Assembly (NCBI GenBank): GCA_965238075.1
Contig: OZ250173.1
Span: 416,001 to 480,000 of the forward strand
Source of the DNA: Candidatus Entotheonellaceae bacterium
Lineage (GTDB): Bacteria; Tectomicrobia; Entotheonellia; Entotheonellales; Entotheonellaceae
Direction: 5' to 3'
DNA length: 64,000 bases
Positions 10,092 to 20,529 of this stretch are shown here, one piece after another; positions within the stretch are counted from its first letter, which is position 1; the number at the start of each line of letters is the position of its first letter. The notes under the pieces were generated by a model. The model was given only the letters and a program-made list of their open reading frames with translations. It searched no databases and had not been told where the DNA came from. Made by a program: the position numbers and the translations under genes.

Positions 10092-11831
10092 GTGCTGACG
10101 CAATGGCAGGTTGCCACCCCCGATCCCGCCACCCAAGTCCGACTGGCCGCCGAACTCTCCCTATCTCCCCTGCTCTGCCAGGTTCTGATCAATCGCGGCA
10201 TCACGGATGCCACGTCAGCCCGGACGTTTCTGACGCCATCGCTGCACGACCTGCATGACCCCTACCAAATCCTCGGCATGGACGCGGCGGTCCGGCGCAT
10301 TACGGCCGCGGTGCAGCAAGGCGAGCCGATGACGGTGTACGGCGATTACGACGTCGACGGGGTCACCGCCGCGGCACTGCTGATGACATTCTTCGAGGAA
10401 CTGGGGCTACGGGTGGCGTCCTACATCCCGGAACGCGAAGGCGAAGGCTATGGGCTCAACGCCGAGGCCATGCACCAACTGGCGCGGCAAGGCACGCGGC
10501 TACTGATCACAGTCGATTGCGGCAGCACAGCGGTGTCAGAAGTGGCCCTGGCGCGCGAGCTGGGCATCGACACCATCATCACGGACCATCATCAGCCGCC
10601 CGAAACACTGCCGGCGGCGCTGGCGGTTCTGAACCCGCACCAGCCGGGGTGCGGCTACCCGAACAAGCACCTGTGCGGCGTCGGCCTGGCGTTCAAGCTG
10701 CTGACCGCACTGCGCGCTTCCATGCGGCAGATTGGGGTGCTGCGCGAACGGCTGCCGAACCTCAAACGGCATCTCGACCTGGTGGCCCTGGGGACCATCG
10801 CGGACGTCACCCCAATTCGCGGGGAGAATCGCGTCATTGTGCATTACGGCCTGCAGGAATTGACGCACACACTCAAGCCGGGTCTGCAGGCGCTGCGTCA
10901 AGTGAGCGGCCGCCAGGGCAAAGCGGCGAACGTCGGCGAGGTTGGTTTTCAGTTGGCGCCGCGGCTGAATGCGAGCGGGCGCCTGGGATCGGCGGCGCAA
11001 AGCCTGGAACTGCTCATGGCCCGTGACCGCGAAGAGGCTCAGCGCCTGGCGGGTCTGCTCGACGCGGTAAACCAACAGCGTCGCACGCTGCAGCGGGACG
11101 TCGAGCAAATGGTACACGAACGCATCGGACAGCATTACGGCGGCACACCGCCGGCGGCCATTGTGCTAGGCGATGCCGATTGGCACCTTGGGGTGGTAGG
11201 CATCGTCGCTGCCCGAATCGCCGAAACCTATCACCGCCCAACGTTTCTGTTGCAGATTAACGGCGACACCGCCCGGGGTTCGGGACGGAGCATTCCGGCG
11301 TTCGACTTGTACAACGGTCTTCAGCACTGCGCCGAATGGCTGCGGCAGTTCGGCGGGCATCGCTACGCCGCGGGTCTGACCATGGCCGCCGAGCACTTGC
11401 CGGCCCTGCAGGAAGCCTTCATTCGCTATGCCGACGACCGCCTCGGACCGGACGATATGCAGCCTGTGGTACGTCTGGACGCGGTTGTATTGCTAGCAGA
11501 TATCACCGAGAAACTGGTCAACGAACTGACGGCTCTGGCGCCACACGGGTCAGGTAATCCGGCGCCGGTGTTTGCGGCCTATGGGGTGCGGTGCGCCTCA
11601 CCTATCCGGCGTCTCGGTCAGGAAGGGCAACACGCGCGCTTTCGGGTTGAGCAGGATGACGTCAGCCGGGAGGCCATCGCCTTTCAGCAGGGCGACCACG
11701 TGGCGGAAGTAGCAGCCGACGGTGGCGAGTTCGATATCGCCTTCACCCCGGTTATCAATACCTGGCGCGACCGCCGCACCCTGGAGTTGCAGTTACGCGA
11801 CTTGCGGCCCCACCTCCCGCAGCCCCATTGA
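10092..11831 (+). CDS. recJ: single-stranded-DNA-specific exonuclease RecJ
   Basis: YGDYDVDG, ITVDCG, TDHH, LGTIADV, APRLNASGR, GSGRS, FGGH. Confidence 0.96.
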   Translation: MLTQWQVATPDPATQVRLAAELSLSPLLCQVLINRGITDATSARTFLTPSLHDLHDPYQILGMDAAVRRITAAVQQGEPMTVYGDYDVDGVTAAALLMTFFEELGLRVASYIPEREGEGYGLNAEAMHQLARQGTRLLITVDCGSTAVSEVALARELGIDTIITDHHQPPETLPAALAVLNPHQPGCGYPNKHLCGVGLAFKLLTALRASMRQIGVLRERLPNLKRHLDLVALGTIADVTPIRGENRVIVHYGLQELTHTLKPGLQALRQVSGRQGKAANVGEVGFQLAPRLNASGRLGSAAQSLELLMARDREEAQRLAGLLDAVNQQRRTLQRDVEQMVHERIGQHYGGTPPAAIVLGDADWHLGVVGIVAARIAETYHRPTFLLQINGDTARGSGRSIPAFDLYNGLQHCAEWLRQFGGHRYAAGLTMAAEHLPALQEAFIRYADDRLGPDDMQPVVRLDAVVLLADITEKLVNELTALAPHGSGNPAPVFAAYGVRCASPIRRLGQEGQHARFRVEQDDVSREAIAFQQGDHVAEVAADGGEFDIAFTPVINTWRDRRTLELQLRDLRPHLPQPH

Positions 11832-11912
11832 CACTCCCACAGCGATACTCTACTACTTAGGCAGCGGGAAGGAATTCAGCGAGTAGCCACACCATGAAAA
11901 GGCCACATCGGC

Positions 11913-13616
11913 GTGTATCTGCCCTTTTTCAACCTGCGCGAGCCACCGTTCAATCTGACGCCGGACCCTCGCTTTCTCTTCCTCAGCTCACAGCATGAAG
12001 AAGCGCTCAGCCACCTGCTATACGGCATTCACGAGCGCAAGGGCTTCATCGAGATAACCGGCGAGGTCGGCACGGGCAAAACCGTGCTGTGCCGGGCACT
12101 CCTGGAGCAACTCGACGGCTCGATCTCGACGGCCCTGATCTTCAATTCCTACCTGACCCAGACGGAACTCCTGGGGGCCATCAGCCGCGATTTCGGGTTG
12201 GCGCTGGAGGGAGCCGCCGGTGCTGGCCTCATTGATCGGCTGAACACCTACCTGTTGTCGGAGTTCAGCGCCGGGCGCAACGCGGTGGTGGTGATCGACG
12301 AGGCACAGAACCTGGAGCCGACAGTGCTGGAGCAATTGCGCATGCTGTCCAATCTGGAGACGGCGCGCGGCAAGCTGCTGCAAATTGTCCTGGTGGGACA
12401 GCCGGAGCTGCGCGACAAGCTTTCCCTGCCGGGCATGCGGCAACTGGACCAGCGGATTGCGGTGCGGTTCCACATCAACGAACTCAGCCGCGCGGAAATG
12501 GCCAAGTACATCACGCACCGCCTGCAGGTGGCCGGAGCGGGCAACAGTATCACCTTCACCCGGCGCGCCCTAACCCTGATTTACCAGTACAGCGGCGGGC
12601 TGCCGCGGCGCATCAACCTGTTGTGCGACCGAGCGCTGATGACGGCCTTTGTGCACGAAACGCGGTGCATCAACGGCTCGCTCGTTCGCCAAAGCGTACG
12701 GGACCTGAACGACGGCTGGCAAGCGGTCGGCGCCAGGACGCCGGGCACGCGGCTGTTGGGGCGGTTGGCGCTCGCGAGCCTGACGGGATGCGCCCTGCTG
12801 GGGCTGGTCACAAGTGTCTGGATGCTGCCGGGCGGACGCGCCGGATTCACCTCGCCGGCCGCGAAGCCGGTGTCAGCGCGCCGGGAGACACCCTCCCCGC
12901 CACCGGTGCCCCAAGTTGTTGACGACGCTCCGCCTTCGTTCCCCACCGATGCGCCAGAGACCGAACCGCCATCGCAAGCCCTGTCCGTCCCGGAACCCGA
13001 ATCACCGAAACCGCACGACAATGTGGCATTGTCGCAGGCCCTGTGGCGCTTGAGGAGGAACGCCGAGGCGCTGCTACCGACCTTGCAGGACCCGGCGGCG
13101 GCGGACTGGGAAAGCCTGCTGGGCACCGTTGCGGGCGAATTGGACGTGATGCCGTTTCAGCCCCGCTTGGCGCAGTTGCCGCACATTTCGCGGCCGTGTT
13201 TCATCGAAGTGCTGCCGCACGTATCGGCGCCGCACGCCGTGCTATGGGTGCTGGCACGTGGGGTGCCGGACGGTGTGCTGATCTACGATGAGTCAGGGGA
13301 ATTAACGCCAATATCTCTGTCCGAATTGCGGCGGATGTGGTACGGCGCACTGTACCTGACGGCAGAGGCGAACACCTATGAAGGCCTGACACTGCGACCG
13401 GGCATGCAGGGCGATCAGGTGCGGGCTTTACAGCTAGCGTTGAAGCAGGGCGGTTATTTTCCCGACGAGCCCTCTGGATTGTTCGATACGCAGACGCAGC
13501 AGGCCGTCAAGCGATTTCAGCGCGACAATTGGCTGCCCGCCGATGGCAACGCCGGGCGGCGGACGCTGATTACTCTGATGCATTTCGGCGGTCATGCCTT
13601 AGAACCCACCACGTAA
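11913..13616 (+). CDS. exeA: ExeA/GspA AAA ATPase with C-terminal peptidoglycan-binding domain
   Basis: PFNLTPDPRFL, TGEVGTGKT, IDEAQNL, LVGQPEL, TM segment, C-terminal AVKRFQRDNWLPADG PG-binding repeat; TTGACA-17-TACTAC promoter at 11828-11856. Confidence 0.9.
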   Translation: MYLPFFNLREPPFNLTPDPRFLFLSSQHEEALSHLLYGIHERKGFIEITGEVGTGKTVLCRALLEQLDGSISTALIFNSYLTQTELLGAISRDFGLALEGAAGAGLIDRLNTYLLSEFSAGRNAVVVIDEAQNLEPTVLEQLRMLSNLETARGKLLQIVLVGQPELRDKLSLPGMRQLDQRIAVRFHINELSRAEMAKYITHRLQVAGAGNSITFTRRALTLIYQYSGGLPRRINLLCDRALMTAFVHETRCINGSLVRQSVRDLNDGWQAVGARTPGTRLLGRLALASLTGCALLGLVTSVWMLPGGRAGFTSPAAKPVSARRETPSPPPVPQVVDDAPPSFPTDAPETEPPSQALSVPEPESPKPHDNVALSQALWRLRRNAEALLPTLQDPAAADWESLLGTVAGELDVMPFQPRLAQLPHISRPCFIEVLPHVSAPHAVLWVLARGVPDGVLIYDESGELTPISLSELRRMWYGALYLTAEANTYEGLTLRPGMQGDQVRALQLALKQGGYFPDEPSGLFDTQTQQAVKRFQRDNWLPADGNAGRRTLITLMHFGGHALEPTT

Positions 13617-13631
13617 CGACGAGCGCGGTTT

Positions 13632-14438
13632 ATGAGCATCATCAACCAAGCCTTGAAAAAGGCGCAGCGCGAGCAGCACCTGGCGAAGGGCGGCACCGCC
13701 TGGGTGCCTTCCGCAGCGGCGGAGGCCGAGGCACCCCGCCGGCGCGGCAAAGCGTTGTGGGTCGTCACGGCAGCCGTGTTTGCCTTGAGCCTCGGTGCCG
13801 CGCTGCACGCTTGGCTTGTCAGCCCAACGGCACAGATCGGAACCGTTTTCAAGTCCACCCCATCCGTCGCCGATCCGATTTCACAACCGGAGCCGGGAAA
13901 GCCAGCGAAGGAAGCAGGGATGAGTTTCAAGCCCGCGCGCCAGATCGTCAATCCCCTTCCCACGATGCAACCGGGCCTGCCAAGGACTGCCAGCGTCGCC
14001 CCGACCCGCCCCGTCCCAATCGCTCTTGCACGGCGTCCCAGCCCACCGGTCACCGCCGCCGACTACACCGCCCGCGGCAATGCCCTCTACCGCCAAGGCA
14101 AGTACCAACGCGCCGTCGACATGTATCAAGCCGCCCTGGCGCTCGACCCGCTCGACGTCAAAGCCCGCAACAATCTCGGAAGCACCTACATGCAACTCAC
14201 CCTGGACGACCGCGCCACCGCGGCCTTCCAGGAAGTGTTGCGGCTGGACGATGCCTACAGCCTGGCCCACTACAACCTGGCTTGCGTGCACGCGCGCGCC
14301 GGCAACTTGGAAAGCGCCGTGGCCTACCTGCAGCAGGCCGTGGCTATCGAACCCGAGGCCCGTGACTGGGCGAGGACGGACGGCGATTTCGCCTCGCTGC
14401 GCAACGCGCCGGAATTCCGTCAGCTTCTGGAGCCGTGA
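13632..14438 (+). CDS. GspB-like membrane-anchored protein with TPR repeats
   Basis: MSIINQALKKAQRE N-terminus typical of ExeB/GspB, TM helix, Pro-rich linker, TPRs (NNLG, HYNLACVHAR). Confidence 0.7.
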   Translation: MSIINQALKKAQREQHLAKGGTAWVPSAAAEAEAPRRRGKALWVVTAAVFALSLGAALHAWLVSPTAQIGTVFKSTPSVADPISQPEPGKPAKEAGMSFKPARQIVNPLPTMQPGLPRTASVAPTRPVPIALARRPSPPVTAADYTARGNALYRQGKYQRAVDMYQAALALDPLDVKARNNLGSTYMQLTLDDRATAAFQEVLRLDDAYSLAHYNLACVHARAGNLESAVAYLQQAVAIEPEARDWARTDGDFASLRNAPEFRQLLEP

Positions 14439-15361
14439 CGATGCTGAAGCGTTACTTCTGGCTCGCTTATCTGCTTCTCGTCACCTGCGCGGCGGTGATG
14501 ACCGCAGACATCGCCAAAGGGTACGTCACGATGTGGCTCAGCGCGCCATCGGCGCGACCACCGGCGCGGATTTCGGGTACCACAGCGCCTGCGGTCCAAC
14601 GAATGGCGCTGGCCGACTACGCTATCATCTCGGAGCGCAACCTGTTCAACGCCAACCCGCCATCGAGCGATCCGGCGCCGGCGGCCGAGGTGAAGCCAGT
14701 CGAGGAAGTGGTGCAACCGACGCAACGCCGCCTGCGGCTAATCGGCATCGTGACGGGAGACTTACCGCCGCAGCAGTACGCCATTATCGAGGACCTGGAA
14801 CGCAGCGGCACGCAGGACATCTATCAAGTCGGCGACGTGGTGCAGCAGGCGGCGATCATCGACATTCGTCCTGACTGCGTGTTGCTGGATACGCGTCGGC
14901 AGCACGAGAAGCTGTGTTTTGATTACGATGAGCACACCGGCGATACAAACGGCAGACCTGCGCCGCCGCACGGCCCGGATGCGCGCGGAGATTCGGCCGC
15001 TGCTGTGGACGAGCCAGGGGATGACGACGTTGTACGGGTGGATCAAGGCACTTGGCGCGTCAATCGGGATTTGATCATGGAACAATTTGCCGACCTCGGC
15101 ACGCTCTCGCGTCAGGTGCGCGTGACCCCACACTCGATCCAGGGCAAGCCGAGCGGCTTTCGCCTGAGCCGCTTGCGGCCGGGCCTGCTGCAGCGGATCG
15201 GCCTGATCAACGGCGACGTGTTGCAGCGGGTCAACGGGCTGGACATCAACTCACCGGAAGAAGCCTTGAAGGCGTATCAGGTGATTCAGAGCGAGCCCAC
15301 CGTGCGGCTGGAAATCCTGCGACGTAACAGCCCCACCACCCTCACGTACGAAATTCGATAG
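14435..15361 (+). CDS. gspC: type II secretion protein GspC (PDZ type)
   Basis: N-terminal TM, ERNLF, LRLIG..YAIIED HR domain, C-terminal PDZ (IGLINGDVLQRVNG). Confidence 0.88.
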   Translation: MTMLKRYFWLAYLLLVTCAAVMTADIAKGYVTMWLSAPSARPPARISGTTAPAVQRMALADYAIISERNLFNANPPSSDPAPAAEVKPVEEVVQPTQRRLRLIGIVTGDLPPQQYAIIEDLERSGTQDIYQVGDVVQQAAIIDIRPDCVLLDTRRQHEKLCFDYDEHTGDTNGRPAPPHGPDARGDSAAAVDEPGDDDVVRVDQGTWRVNRDLIMEQFADLGTLSRQVRVTPHSIQGKPSGFRLSRLRPGLLQRIGLINGDVLQRVNGLDINSPEEALKAYQVIQSEPTVRLEILRRNSPTTLTYEIR

Positions 15362-15394
15362 CCGATTGCGATTTGACCTGAAGACGAGGATTCC

Positions 15395-17491
15395 ATGCGT
15401 TCGTACAAGCTCGGCGTGCTTGGATTGTTATTGACCGGCGCGGTGCTGGCAGGGCTCGATGCGGGCCATGCGGCGCGGCTGGACGACGAAGAAGTCCCCG
15501 CCGGGGCCGAGGCACAAAACAGCGATAGTAGGATCCAGTTGAACTTCCGCGGTGTGGATATTCTGAACGTCATCCGGTTGATGAGCGAGCTGACAGGCAA
15601 GAATTTTCTGGTGGACGACAACGTACGCGGGAAAGTCACGCTCATTGCCCCCGAGCCGGTGAGCCTCGACGAGGCCTACCAGGTTTTTCTGTCGATCCTG
15701 GATATTCAGGGCTTCACCGTCGTACCGCAGGGGCCTATCATCAAGATCATTCCATCCGCCGACATCAAGGACAATCCGATACCCACCGCCACGGATGAAG
15801 AAGGAGCCATCTCGCCGGTCAGTACCGACGCTTTTGTGACGCAGCTCATTCCCCTTAAATTCGCGGACGTGAACCAGATTCGCGGCCTGCTGTCGCCACT
15901 GGTGTCAAAGGAGAGCAGCCTACTGTCATACATGCCGACGAACACGCTGATTCTCACCGAGGCGGCCTCCAACATTGCGCGGTTGAAGAAGATCATCGCC
16001 GCCCTCGACATAGAGGCGCCGACGAAAATTTTCCGGGTGACCCCGCTGCGGCACGCCGATGCAGGAAAGCTGGCGAGCTCGCTGCAGACGGCGCTGCAGG
16101 GTCTGGCGGAGACCAACACCGCTGCCGAGGGGCAGCAGCCGTCCGATCAGGGAGAGCGACGGCGACGGCGACGGCAGCGGAGCGACCAATCGCCGCAGAA
16201 CCCCGGCGATGGGCCGACCATCATCGCAGACGCGCGGACGAACAGCCTGGTGCTGATCGCCACACCTGCCAACATGGAGGTGGCCGATGACATCATCGCC
16301 AAGTTGGACATCCCGACACCCGCCGGGCGCGGCAAAATTCACGTCTATTACCTGTCCCACGCCAGTGCCGAGGAACTGGCACTGGTGCTGACGGCGCAGG
16401 CGCCCGAAATTGCCCGGATGCAGGAGGCGCAGGCGGACAGAGAACCCCGACGATCGGAGCGGCCCGGACGCCCCACTACCGGCACGACGCCCACGGACAT
16501 CACGATTACCGCGGATAAGCCGACCAATTCCCTTGTCATCACCGCTGATCCGGAGACGTATGCGGTTATCGAGGAGATTATTCAGAAGCTCGATATTCGC
16601 CGTGCCCAGGTGCTGATCGAAGGCTTGATTGCAGAAGTCACACTGGATACGGCCAGCCAGCTCGGAGTGGAGTGGCGTGTCATCGATGAACCCAATGGCT
16701 TTCAGGTATTCGCCAGCTCAACCGGATCGAGTGGTCCCGGCGGTACCGGCGTGCTCAACACCCTTACGTCCAATCCTCTGGCCGCGGGCACCGCAGGCTT
16801 TCTGATCGGCGCGCTACGTAATACGATAGAAATCGGTAACAACCAGGTTTTCAATATTCCGGCCCTCTTACGGGCGTTTCAAGGTAATACCAATGTCAAC
16901 GTCCTTGCTACGCCGAACTTGCTGACAACCGATAATGAAGAGGCCGAAATCATTGTGGGTGAGGAACGGCCCTTTTTAACCTCGAGCCAAGCCACGCCAT
17001 CCGGAGGGGTTGTTTCAACGACCCGTGGCTTCGAATTCCGTGATACGGGCATTACGCTGCGTATAACACCGCAAATCAGTCAGGGTCGTACGGTCCGTAC
17101 GGAGTTGTTCCTGGAGATTACCCGTTTTGTTTCAGAGGCCGAAGTCGGGGCTGTGAGGACGACCAAACGTTCAACAAAGACAACGGTCATCGTGGACGAC
17201 GGGCAGACGATCGTGCTCGGTGGGCTCATTCAGGAAGCGAGCAACGAAGCTGAAACCCGAGTACCTTTTCTGAGCAATCTGCCGCTGCTCGGCGGGCTTT
17301 TCAAGCAGACGAACAAGCAGAATGTGAAGACCAATTTATTGATCTTCCTGACCCCGCATATCATTGCCACACGCGAGGATATCGACCGGGTGACGACACA
17401 CAAACGAGGGCAGTCCGATAAGTCCGAGGTCATCGAGCAAAAACTGCTTGAAGGGCAACCGAAAGACAACCTCGAATGGCTGCTCGACTGA
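15395..17491 (+). CDS. gspD: type II secretion secretin GspD
   Basis: N0 (LNFRGVDI..TGKNFLVDDNVRGKVT), N1-N3, QVLIEGLIAEV, LATPNLLTTDNEEAEI, VPFLSNLPLLGGLF. Confidence 0.95.
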   Translation: MRSYKLGVLGLLLTGAVLAGLDAGHAARLDDEEVPAGAEAQNSDSRIQLNFRGVDILNVIRLMSELTGKNFLVDDNVRGKVTLIAPEPVSLDEAYQVFLSILDIQGFTVVPQGPIIKIIPSADIKDNPIPTATDEEGAISPVSTDAFVTQLIPLKFADVNQIRGLLSPLVSKESSLLSYMPTNTLILTEAASNIARLKKIIAALDIEAPTKIFRVTPLRHADAGKLASSLQTALQGLAETNTAAEGQQPSDQGERRRRRRQRSDQSPQNPGDGPTIIADARTNSLVLIATPANMEVADDIIAKLDIPTPAGRGKIHVYYLSHASAEELALVLTAQAPEIARMQEAQADREPRRSERPGRPTTGTTPTDITITADKPTNSLVITADPETYAVIEEIIQKLDIRRAQVLIEGLIAEVTLDTASQLGVEWRVIDEPNGFQVFASSTGSSGPGGTGVLNTLTSNPLAAGTAGFLIGALRNTIEIGNNQVFNIPALLRAFQGNTNVNVLATPNLLTTDNEEAEIIVGEERPFLTSSQATPSGGVVSTTRGFEFRDTGITLRITPQISQGRTVRTELFLEITRFVSEAEVGAVRTTKRSTKTTVIVDDGQTIVLGGLIQEASNEAETRVPFLSNLPLLGGLFKQTNKQNVKTNLLIFLTPHIIATREDIDRVTTHKRGQSDKSEVIEQKLLEGQPKDNLEWLLD

Positions 17492-17517
17492 GGGCCGCAC
17501 TGGAGAGATCGCCCGTC

Positions 17518-19224
17518 ATGCCGCGAACATCCTTGGCCGATATCCTGATCGACACCGGCGACCTGACGCCCGACCAGTTGACGCGCGCCGAGGCGTTGAG
17601 CGCGCAGCGACAATTGCCGCTGTCCGAAGTGCTGCTGCGGCAACACATGGTCAGCGACGATGCGCTATTGCGGGCGCAGGGCCGGCAGCTCGGCCTGACC
17701 TACTGGAAAGAGTTGCCCGATAGCGAATTCGACGTGTCGCTAATGCATCGCGTGCCGCTGGTGTTCGCACGGCAGCACAAGCTGGTACCGCTCCGCATGC
17801 AGGACGGCGTCGCGCTGGTGGCCATCAGCCGAGCGCTGGATCTGCAGCCGCTCGACGACGTCAGCCTGCTCCTCAAGGCGCCAGTGGAGGCGGTGTTGAG
17901 CAGCGAGCGCGAAATTGTCAGCGCCCTGAACCGCATCTACGACACCGGCTCACAGACGGCTGCCAAGGTCATCCAGAATCTGGACGACGAGACCCTGGGC
18001 CGGTTGGCGCACGACCTGGAAGGGCCGCAGGACATCCTCGATCACGAGGCCGAGGCGCCCATCATCCAGCTCGTCAACCTGATTTTGTCGCAGGCGGTGC
18101 GCGACCGCGCCAGCGACATCCATATCGAGCCGTTTGAGCGGACACTCAAGGTGCGGTACCGCATCGACGGCGTGCTGCACGAGGTGCTGTCGCCGCCCAA
18201 GGCGCTGCAACCCCGCATCACCTCGCGCCTCAAGGTCATGGCCGATCTCAACATCGCCGAGACACGGCTGCCGCAGGACGGCAGGATCGCCATCCGGGTG
18301 CGTAACCGCGAGATCGACATTCGCGTCTCGGTGGTGCCGACGGCATTCGGCGAGCGCCTGGTGCTGCGGCTGTTAGACAAATCGGGGGCTCTGTTTGAGC
18401 TCGAGGAGATTGGCTTTTCGGCGGACTTACTACCCGCCTACAGCCGGCTGATTCATCGTTCACACGGCATCATTCTGGTGACCGGCCCCACCGGCAGCGG
18501 CAAGAGCACGACGCTCTACGCCACCTTGCAACGCATCAATTCGTCACAACTCAACATCATTACCGTCGAAGATCCGATCGAGTATCAGATCAACGGCGTG
18601 GGCCAGATTCACGTCAATCCCAAGATCGACCTGACGTTCGCCAACGGCCTGCGCTCCATTCTGCGGCAGGACCCGGACGTCATCATGGTGGGCGAAATCC
18701 GCGACCGCGAGACCGCGGAAATCGCCATCCAGGCGTCACTCACCGGGCACCTGGTGCTGAGCACGCTGCATACCAACGACGCCGCCAGCGCGGTGACGCG
18801 GCTGCTGGACATGGGCATCGAACCGTTTCTCATTTCCTCCTCCGTGCTGGCCATGATGGCGCAACGCTTGGTGCGCGTGCTGTGCCCGCAATGCCGCGAG
18901 CCCGGAAGGCCGGAGCGCGAAACGCTGCGCGAGCTCGGTCTGGAGTCCGACGACGCCGGTGTCACGCGCGGGGAATGGTTTGTCAGCCGCGGCTGCGAAG
19001 GCTGCCGCGGCACCGGCTACCGGGGGCGCACCGGCATTTACGAGTTGCTGTCGGTCGATGACTCCATCCGCCGTCTGGTTATGGAGCGGGCCAACGCCAG
19101 CATGCTGCGCAGCGCTGCCATCGAACGCGGCATGCGCCCGTTGCTGCAGGACGGCGCACGCAAGGTGCTGGCGGGCAGAACGACGGCGGAGGAAGTTCTG
19201 CGGGTGACGCAGGAGAACGATTGA
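17518..19224 (+). CDS. gspE: type II secretion ATPase GspE
   Basis: ASDIHIEP, GPTGSGKST, VEDPIEY, LRQDPDVIMVGEIRD, STLHTND, CxxC...CxxC. Confidence 0.95.
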   Translation: MPRTSLADILIDTGDLTPDQLTRAEALSAQRQLPLSEVLLRQHMVSDDALLRAQGRQLGLTYWKELPDSEFDVSLMHRVPLVFARQHKLVPLRMQDGVALVAISRALDLQPLDDVSLLLKAPVEAVLSSEREIVSALNRIYDTGSQTAAKVIQNLDDETLGRLAHDLEGPQDILDHEAEAPIIQLVNLILSQAVRDRASDIHIEPFERTLKVRYRIDGVLHEVLSPPKALQPRITSRLKVMADLNIAETRLPQDGRIAIRVRNREIDIRVSVVPTAFGERLVLRLLDKSGALFELEEIGFSADLLPAYSRLIHRSHGIILVTGPTGSGKSTTLYATLQRINSSQLNIITVEDPIEYQINGVGQIHVNPKIDLTFANGLRSILRQDPDVIMVGEIRDRETAEIAIQASLTGHLVLSTLHTNDAASAVTRLLDMGIEPFLISSSVLAMMAQRLVRVLCPQCREPGRPERETLRELGLESDDAGVTRGEWFVSRGCEGCRGTGYRGRTGIYELLSVDDSIRRLVMERANASMLRSAAIERGMRPLLQDGARKVLAGRTTAEEVLRVTQEND

Positions 19225-19270
19225 TCTCCGGCTGAGACCGGGCAGCCAAAATAGCAGAAGGTAAACGGGC

Positions 19271-20497
19271 ATGCCGGTATACACATACAGTGCGCTGAAC
19301 GAACGCGGCAAAGTGACCAAGGGCGTCATCAATGCCGACAGCCCCCGAGCGGCGCGCGGCAAGTTGCGGCAGTCGGGTCTTTTCGCCACCGACATTCTGG
19401 AGACCGCCGAGGCTGAGGCCCACGGCGGCGGGCGCAACCTGTCGGGCCTCTCACTGCTGCGACGGGTGCGGCCGCAGGATCTGACGGTGATGACGCGCCA
19501 GTTTGCCACCTTGATGGCGGCCAACCTGACCGTGGTCGAGGCGTTGACGGCGCTGATCGAGCAGACGGATAGCCGGCCGTTGCAGAAAACGCTCATCCAG
19601 GTACGCGAGAGCATCAACGAGGGCAACAGTCTGGCAGCTGCACTGCGGCAGCACCCGAGAGTTTTTTCGAGTCTGTTTGTCAACATGGCGCGCGCCGGCG
19701 AAACCAGCGGTACCCTGTCGGTGGTTATGCTGTGGCTGGCGGATTTGACCGAGCGGCAACTCGACACCCGCAATCAGATCACCGCCAAGATGTACTATCC
19801 CCTCTTCATGCTGGTCATCGGCGGCTTGGTGCTATTGGCGCTACTTACCTACGTCGTGCCCACCGTGACCATGATTTTCGGTCACATGAGCGCGACACTG
19901 CCCCTGCCGACTCGCATCCTCATCGCAGTCAGCGACTTTCTCAAAGCGTACTGGTGGATCATCGCTCTGGCGGCGTTCGGCATGATTCTGGCCGTGCAAC
20001 GGTACCGGCGCACGGCGCGCGGCGCGCGGCGGTTCGATCTCTGGAAGATACGCGCCCCGCTCGTCGGCAAGCTGGCTCTGCGCATGGCCATGTCGCGCTT
20101 CACGCGCACCTTGGGCATGCTGCTGCACAGCGACATCCCGCTGCTCGATTCTTTGGAGATCGCTCGTGCCGTGGTCGACAACACGGTGCTTTCGGACGCC
20201 ATCCGGCGCGCCCAGGAGGAAATCCGGGAGGGCGCCACGATCGCCGCGCCGCTACAGGCCAGCGGGTATTTCCCGCCGCTGGTGTCGCACATGGTTTCGG
20301 TCGGCGAGAAGACGGGGCGGCTCGAGGAGATGCTGTTACGGGTCGCCGACAATTACGACAACGAGGTGCGTTCGAGCGTCGAGGGGCTGACCTCGCTGGT
20401 GGAACCGGTCATCATCGTGCTCATGGCGGTTGTGGTGTTCGGCATCATGCTAGCGGTTTTGCTACCTATTTTCGAACTCAATACGACGATCCGCTGA
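19271..20497 (+). CDS. gspF: type II secretion inner-membrane protein GspF
   Basis: GKVTKGVINADS, AGETSG, YVVP..LPLPTRIL, VGEKTGRLEEML, LVEP. Confidence 0.93.
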   Translation: MPVYTYSALNERGKVTKGVINADSPRAARGKLRQSGLFATDILETAEAEAHGGGRNLSGLSLLRRVRPQDLTVMTRQFATLMAANLTVVEALTALIEQTDSRPLQKTLIQVRESINEGNSLAAALRQHPRVFSSLFVNMARAGETSGTLSVVMLWLADLTERQLDTRNQITAKMYYPLFMLVIGGLVLLALLTYVVPTVTMIFGHMSATLPLPTRILIAVSDFLKAYWWIIALAAFGMILAVQRYRRTARGARRFDLWKIRAPLVGKLALRMAMSRFTRTLGMLLHSDIPLLDSLEIARAVVDNTVLSDAIRRAQEEIREGATIAAPLQASGYFPPLVSHMVSVGEKTGRLEEMLLRVADNYDNEVRSSVEGLTSLVEPVIIVLMAVVVFGIMLAVLLPIFELNTTIR

Positions 20498-20529
20498 GGC
20501 GCGCGGCGGCTTGGTGAAGGCACACGCTC

